Source of the DNA: Pecten maximus
Taxonomy: Eukaryota
Direction of reading: 5' to 3'
Length of the DNA stretch: 64,000 nucleotides
Assembly: GCF_902652985.1 (NCBI RefSeq)
Contig: NC_047016.1
Location: 39,804,001 to 39,868,000, forward strand
The translations under genes were made by a program, and so were the position numbers. The stretch's first letter is position 1; each line of letters begins with the position of its first letter. The notes beneath the pieces were generated by a model that saw nothing but the letters and a program-made list of their open reading frames with translations, was not told the origin of the DNA and searched no databases. This document shows positions 56,935-64,000 of this stretch, in pieces.

Positions 56935-59457
56935 TCTTAGTAAACAGGTTGTTGATTTCCTAGTAACTAGACTGTTAATTCCTAGTAACCAGGTTGTTGA
57001 TTTCCTAGTAACCATGTTGTTGATTTCCTAGTAGCCATGTTGTTGATTTCCTAGTAACCAAGTTGCTGATTTCCTAGTAACCATGTTGTTGATTTCCTAG
57101 TAACCATGTTGTTGATTTCCTAGTAACCAGGTTGCTGATTTCCTAGTAACCATGTTGCTGATTTCCTAGTAACCATGTTGATTTCCTAGTAACTAGGTTG
57201 TTGATTTCCTAGTAACCAAGTTGTTGATTTCCTAGTAACCAGGTTGTTGATTCCCTAGTAACCAGGTTGTTGATTTCCTAGTAACCAGGTTGTTGATTTC
57301 CTAGTAAGCAGGTTGTTGATTTCTTAGTAACCATGTTGTTGATTTCCTAGTAGCCAGGTTGTTGATTTCCTAGTAACCAGGTTGTTGATTTCTTGGTAAC
57401 CATGTTGTTGATTTCTTAGTAACCATGTTGTTGATTTCCTAGTAGCCAGGTTGTTGATTTCCTAGTAACCAGGTTGTTGATTTCCTAGTAACCAGGTTGT
57501 TGATTTCCTAGTAACCATGTTGTTGATTTCTTAGTAGCCAGGTTGTTGATTTCCTAGTAACCATGTCGTTGATTTCTTAGAAGCCAGGTTGTTGATTTCC
57601 TAGTAACCACGTTGTTGATTTCCTAGTAACCATGTTGTTGATTTCCTAGTAGCCAGGTTGTTGATTTCCTATAAACCAGGTTGTTGATTTCCTAGTAACC
57701 AGGTTGTTGATTTCCTAGTAACCAGGTTGTTGATTTCCTAGTAACCAGGTTGTTGATTTCTTAGTAGCCAGGTTGTTGATTTCCTAGTAACCAGGTTGTT
57801 GATTTCCTAGTAACCATGTTGTTGATTTCCTAGTAGCCAGGTTGTTGATTTCCTATTAACCAGGTTGTTGATTTCCTAGTAACCAGGTTGTTGATTTCCT
57901 AGTAACCAGGTTGTTGATTTCCTAGTAACCATGTTGTTGATTTCTTAGTAGCCAGGTTGTTGATTTCCTAGTAACCATGTCGTTGATTTCTTAGTAGCCA
58001 GGTTGTTGATTTCCTAGTAACCAGGTTGTTGATTTCCTAGTAACCATGTTGTTGATTTCCTAGTAGCCAGGTTGTTGATTTCCTATTAACCAGGTTGTTG
58101 ATTTCCTAGTAACCATGTTGTTGATTTCTTAGTAACCATGTTGTTGATTTCCTAGTAACCATGTTGTTGATTTCCTAGTAGCCATGTTGTTGATTTCCTA
58201 GTAACCAGGTTGTTGATTTCCTAGTAACCAGGTTGTTGATTTCCTAGTAACCATGTTGTTGATTTCCTAGTAGCCAGGTTGTTGATTTCCTATTAACCAG
58301 GTTGTTGATTTCCTAGTAACCATGTTGTTGATTTCTTAGTAACCATGTTGTTGATTTCCTAGTAACCATGTTGTTGATTTCCTAGTAGCCATGTTGTTGA
58401 TTTCCTAGTAACCAGGTTGTTGATTTCCTAGTAACCAGGTTGTTGATTTCCTAGTAACCATGTTGTTGATTTCTTAGTAGCCAGGTTGTTGATTTCCTAG
58501 TAACCATGTCGTTGATTTCTTAGAAGCCAGGTTGTTGATTTCCTAGTAACCACGTTGTTGATTTCCTAGTAACCATGTTGTTGATTTCCTAGTAGCCAGG
58601 TTGTTGATTTCCTATAAACCAGGTTGTTGATTTCCTAGTAACCAGGTTGTTGATTTCCTAGTAACCAGGTTGTTGATTTCCTAGTAACCAGGTTGTTGAT
58701 TTCTTAGTAGCCAGGTTGTTGATTTCCTAGTAACCAGGTTGTTGATTTCCTAGTAACCATGTTGTTGATTTCCTAGTAGCCAGGTTGTTGATTTCCTATT
58801 AACCAGGTTGTTGATTTCCTAGTAACCAGGTTGTTGATTTCCTAGTAACCAGGTTGTTGATTTCCTAGTAACCATGTTGTTGATTTCTTAGTAGCCAGGT
58901 TGTTGATTTCCTAGTAACCATGTCGTTGATTTCTTAGTAGCCAGGTTGTTGATTTCCTAGTAACCAGGTTGTTGATTTCCTAGTAACCATGTTGTTGATT
59001 TCCTAGTAGCCAGGTTGTTGATTTCCTATTAACCAGGTTGTTGATTTCCTAGTAACCATGTTGTTGATTTCTTAGTAACCATGTTGTTGATTTCCTAGTA
59101 ACCATGTTGTTGATTTCCTAGTAGCCATGTTGTTGATTTCCTAGTAACCATGTTGTTGATTTCCTAGTAACCAGGTTGTTGATTTCCTAGTAACCAGGTT
59201 GTTGATTTCCTAGTAACCATGTTGTTGATTTCCTAGTAGCCAGGTTGTTGATTTCCTATTAACCAGGTTGTTGATTTCCTAGTAACCATGTTGTTGATTT
59301 CTTAGTAACCATGTTGTTGATTTCCTAGTAACCATGTTGTTGATTTCCTAGTAGCCATGTTGTTGATTTCCTAGTAACCATGTTGTTGATTTCCTAGTAA
59401 CCAGGTTGTTGATTTCCTAGTAACCAGGTTGTTGATTTCCTAGTAACCATGTTGTTG
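56935..59457. repeat. 23-bp minisatellite, about 110 copies
   Basis: gttgttgatttcctagtaaccag. Confidence 0.97.
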
Positions 59458-60058
59458 CGACACAGTGCTAAACAAATACGTGACGGTGCCAAAAAAGGTC
59501 TGACTGAACCACGAAGCCTAACGATGTTTTAAATCGTTGTATACGACATTGTGTCGTTACCATGACAACCACACTATCCCAACTACCTTAAGCTACTGGT
59601 GTCGGGTTTCCTTTATGCCCAATCAATTCATACAGAAGTCATTAACTAAATGGATTTAAATAGTGTATTGTGGTCGCTTCAAAAATACAAGTAATTGCCA
59701 AATATTGTACCCTTACCCCGATAGAATACTAGCAGCTTCTTACCGACATTCTCCTAGCTCATTCTGCATCACTGAATTTTGCCATTTCTAAATGTCCACT
59801 CAGTTCTGAATGAAGAAGGGATTTATTATTTTGGACCGATCCATAACCAAAATGCATCAGTTTTTTTGGGAACAAATCCATAACATTTTCGGCTGAATTT
59901 GCAATAAAGTTTTGGAGACCAATCCGAAACGTAAACAAAATCGTTTTACTTTGTTTCTGTCAATATTAAAGGGCTGGGAGCGTAAACATCATATTGCTAA
60001 AAAGCGGTGTAAATCAGGGAGTCTTTTTGACATGAAGATAAACTGAATAAATACTCAC

Positions 60059-60217
60059 GGCGAATCACCTCTCGATGACGAGTTTTACAGTTCGTCCAAC
60101 TTTGCGAGGAACTCACAGTTGTTTATGAACTAAACAGCATCTGATAATTGTTGTAATATAAATCTTAACTATTTTTGAGTTAGACTTTAAACTTGTCTCA
60201 GTCAGATTGTTTTTATA
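60059..60217 (-). promoter_or_regulatory. Candidate non-coding first exon and core promoter of the mucin
   Basis: Strong donor cc|GTGAGTat at 60058; TATAAAA at 60217-60211. The ATG exon starts with an acceptor, so an upstream exon is required. No transcript evidence. Confidence 0.3.
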
Positions 60218-60631
60218 AATACATGATTTTGTAGCTCAAAGTGCACTACTGTCTTCTTTGATCATGAAGGTGCACAAGACCATTGAAAAGACCATTATCT
60301 GTTTGGTTCTCGACAGTTGCTATAGAGTGTTATAGCATAGCGAGCCGATTGCCGAGTCAGTAGGAAGCAGCACATTTAGAGCTTGACATGCATGCCCAAC
60401 CTACGATCCTATAGGTATTGATTTGAGAATTCGTTCCTGTGGGAAGCAGCTACTTATAGGATCTTACCAGGATGAAAAACGCAGACCATGATACCAGCCG
60501 ACAGAAATATATAGTATTAGCATGTTAATGCTCCCATCAAATCTTCATGAGATGAAGAAAAATGAAAACTATATAACCATAATTGACAGGGGTAGTAGAT
60601 AGAGATTTGAAAGCATTACTACAATGATAAA

Positions 60632-61235
60632 AATAAGAGGCCCCATGGACCTGTATTGGTCATATGCTGTTTATGCATATATGTTTAGATTTGGATGGCA
60701 TAGCCATGATATAAACTTACTACACAGATGTGTATATCAGAACGCAATGTGACGTTTGTCTGCAAATTTCTGGATTTAATTCGGCCATAGATACCATATC
60801 AAGATGATTAAATGCTTAATATACATGTATGGCCACTATGATCGTCAGAGTCAGCGACTTTCAATAACATTAATTCATTTGTAATCTTTATTATTAATGA
60901 TACTTCTACCAATGCAATTTAATGTTCTTTTGTGACTTGTTTTATGCCGCCATCCTAACAACCTGCTTGCCATATATCCTCCGTGACCTTGACAGTGGGA
61001 CAAGGGTGACTTTGACAGTGGATCAAGGTACATGTAATTCACATATGTATTCGATCGAAATTGATAGTCCTTCATTCTTGGTACATGTATATATAGTATG
61101 AATAACTTGCTACTGGCCAAACATCAATACTAGACATTTTGGTTATTGAGACGAAATCGTTGAAGGAAAACGTTGACAACGGTCGTCCTATCGTGGTAGA
61201 AGTTCTACAGATTCCTTCGGACTGATGGACTAAAC
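60632..61235 (+). mobile_element. Degenerate non-autonomous Helitron/Helentron-like element
   Basis: aagaggccccatggacctgtat start, tgaccttgac / tgactttgac motifs, hairpin-like end ccttcgg...ctaaa. Family assignment from recollection only. Confidence 0.4.
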
Positions 61236-62659
61236 TATCAAAGCGAATACGACAAAAATGTGTATTACGGTGTATGGAATATCATTAATGAATGTCCATG
61301 AAAATGGCGACGTTTTGTTGTGTCCTGTTTATCGTATTTGCTACAATCCTTGTTGCTACCACCCAGCATTATAATTGGTCGATGTACCAGCCATATTGTG
61401 GGGATTGCCCATTGATATAAATAACGTGAATACTTTGATTGGCTCGCTAGCATTATCTATTCGCAGTGATTGGCTGCCTGTTGTCTGTGATGTCATCATT
61501 CGTTGAGGTACAGTTGGGGAATTAATTGCAAAAGCAAAATGTGATTGATAGAATCAGAGAGATCCGAATGGATATTGCTCTGCTATTACACGCACGGCGG
61601 CGCTGTTTGTTAGGTTATGGTCGGAAATCGATGAACTCGGAGAGACATGCGCATGTCAAAAACTCCACCATAACACCTAACAGGTTGACAGTTGTCCGAT
61701 CATTGATGCTCGTTATTTTTTTTCAGTAAAACTACGCGCGCTTCTACACACATATGCCAAGCTATCTTAAGCTTTACAATAACTGCTTACTAATTAATAA
61801 TGTGTGATAGTCCTCTCAGTTTTTTGTTTTTTTTGTTTTTTTGTTTTTTGTTTTTTTTAATACTTATATACATTTTTTTAATGCTGATACTTAAATACAT
61901 TTATTTTTCTTAATGCCGATACTTATATACATTTTTATGTTTTGTGTATATATTGGTACATGTTTTAGTGATTACCGGTGAACGACCTAACCAGGGTCTT
62001 TACACTAGCATATATATTCTCTTTAAACTGGCCAGGTGACATTTACTGAATGGTGTAAGTGGGTTAATCGGTTATTGGTCGCGGTCTTACCAACTGTTTT
62101 GACGGTATACCACATGACTAGGGTATCGTGGGTGGCTCTGCTTAGAAACAGAATTACGGAGAAGTCAATTTTAATTCGAACTAGGTTTGAAATATAGATT
62201 GATAAATTCTCACGGCTCACAAGCAACATACATGTACGTTTACATATGGACATGCTGTGGTAAAAGTTGTCAAAATATACTGATGACAAGCCACATCAAA
62301 TATACCTTTTCTAAGAATTGAAATACGTACAACTTTTCAATGTACTTTCTTATATCGAGGCTTATTTAACAAGAAAAACTCAAAATTCTACATTTAATTT
62401 AACTTTTGTTTAACTACAAAACATTTTGTTTGATCCGTAGGGTAGTTCGCAGTGGGCCTTAATGTTTACATATTAACTTAGTTTTTTTAATAATTACAAA
62501 ACAACTTTGGTCCGGACGGTAGTCTATAATGTTTAAAGAAATGTGGGCGTACTCAGAAATATCTAAACTCTATTTGTATTTCGGGATATGGCCATATTTA
62601 TTTTCCTGTCTGATCGAGGAAGGACTTTACCATAATATCGAGACAATGTAGATGTGTGC

Positions 62660-62792
62660 AAGTTTGACAGCCAGATTGAAGTTTGACAGCCAGATTGAAG
62701 TTTGACAGCCAGATTGAAGTTTGACAGCCAGATTGAAGTTTGACAGCCAGATTGAAGTTTGACAGCCAGATTGAAGTTTGACAGCTAGATTG
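62660..62792. repeat. 19-bp tandem repeat, about 7 copies
   Basis: aagtttgacagccagattg. Confidence 0.95.
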
Positions 62793-64000
62793 GCGTTCAT
62801 TTGAAAATAATCAGAAGCAGTCCAAAAAAATAATCGATCAAAATGTATGAATTAGCTAAAACATAACTACAGATTTCTGCCCTAAATTCCATAACCTATG
62901 CATGTCAATTCGACTTTTCCGCGCCTTTATGGACAATGATAACGCATTTTCAGAAGTACATATATACATGTACATAATGATATTTGACGCCCCGTTGCGG
63001 AAATATTCTAGGTAGTGAAATGGTGACACTCCCTTCATTGATGATCAAACTGGCTCCTTTTCTCGTGCTCACCAATCCACAAAATTTTTAATCTGCTTCT
63101 GACGTCAGTTTTCTAAACGAAACCATTAACCCTGGTATGGTTGAAAACTATATGATCGACCGATCAAAAGGTCTAGGCGATAACCCGTGTCTTATTTATG
63201 AGTCTAAACATTAATAATGTCCCCCGTCGTGTGATTATAAATGGCGTGAAGGATGTTGCTGAAGGTGGCGCAATGTCACTGTGTCGACCAATGGTTGGCC
63301 ATTTTAGACATTATGAATAAGTATTTATTGGATCAGCTGGAGTCGCAGTAGGTATAAGACGACCTGGTTTTTCACACACAATTTTTTTTTTTCACAAAGA
63401 TGACCGAATTTTGTATATAGGGTACAGTAGTAATATTTTCTATGATCCATCAACCAAACCAAAGTCATTTGATACGCGCGAAGGGTTTTACTGTAGGGAC
63501 GAAACCGGTTACCCGGATAAAATCGACTCTATATTCTTTAACGTTTTATATGGGAATCGAACCACGGCCTGTTAGGTTAAGGCTAGTGTACTACTAGTGT
63601 GTCACACGACCACGCCAGGTTCCGCCATAGCTCAGGCGGTTAGAGCGCCGGCTACGTAATTCATTTGTTTTTCTTTGTTAGTCGAAAACTGATACAGTTT
63701 ATGGATAAAAGATTTGCATAAATTAAGATACAATAAATATTTCCATGGTCAATCATACAAAATCTAATTTTCTACTCACTATTTTGTTCGTAATATGTTT
63801 GCTTGATGGACAAATTTTCATAAATTACACAATTATTTTGTATTACCAGACGATAGAAATATAACTTATTTAAAGACGGAGGGATTTATTCGATAATTTG
63901 GCTTAATAATTTGTTTCTCAGCTCACTGTAGAAGGGGCATTTAAAAATGAAGTGATATTCATCCTCGATGTCAGGAAGATAAACAGGGCCGATTCGAAGA

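Noticed and set aside
16378-59457. CRISPR-like appearance of the 23-47-bp arrays
   Set aside because: Head-to-tail repeats with no unique spacers, no cas genes, and a spliced eukaryotic context.
11644-62300. Other isolated CTGANGA hits (e.g. near 11645, 31345, 39933, 62280)
   Set aside because: No stem II followed by a GAAA-like box and stem I; chance matches.
63622-63660. tRNA-like 5' half (gccatagctcaggcggttagagcg)
   Set aside because: No T-arm or B-box follows; a fragment, not a tRNA gene.

Overview
AT-rich, intron-containing metazoan DNA; the repeat content suggests a mollusc, probably a bivalve (inference). Most of the window holds one very large minus-strand mucin gene, reconstructed by hand from GT/AG sites into about 38 coding exons, phase-consistent except for one missing donor. 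Predicted order: signal peptide, Thr-rich 15-aa repeats (ATG at 50053), 30-nt micro-exon, 7,938-nt Thr/Ser/Gly/Pro exon, NIDO, AMOP, VWD (GDPH), cadherin/Ig-like segment, about 24 EGF-like modules (including a triplicated 5-exon cassette), SEA (GSLVV), then a Cys-rich exon running off the left edge. Introns and the 5' flank hold many minisatellites, SINE and MITE remnants, and a 5'-truncated L1/Tx1-like LINE. Two introns carry tandem clusters of degenerate minimal type-I hammerhead-ribozyme-like motifs on the pre-mRNA strand. Region 40.3-50 kb is poorly assembled: a 500-N gap, frameshifts and a probable false duplication.
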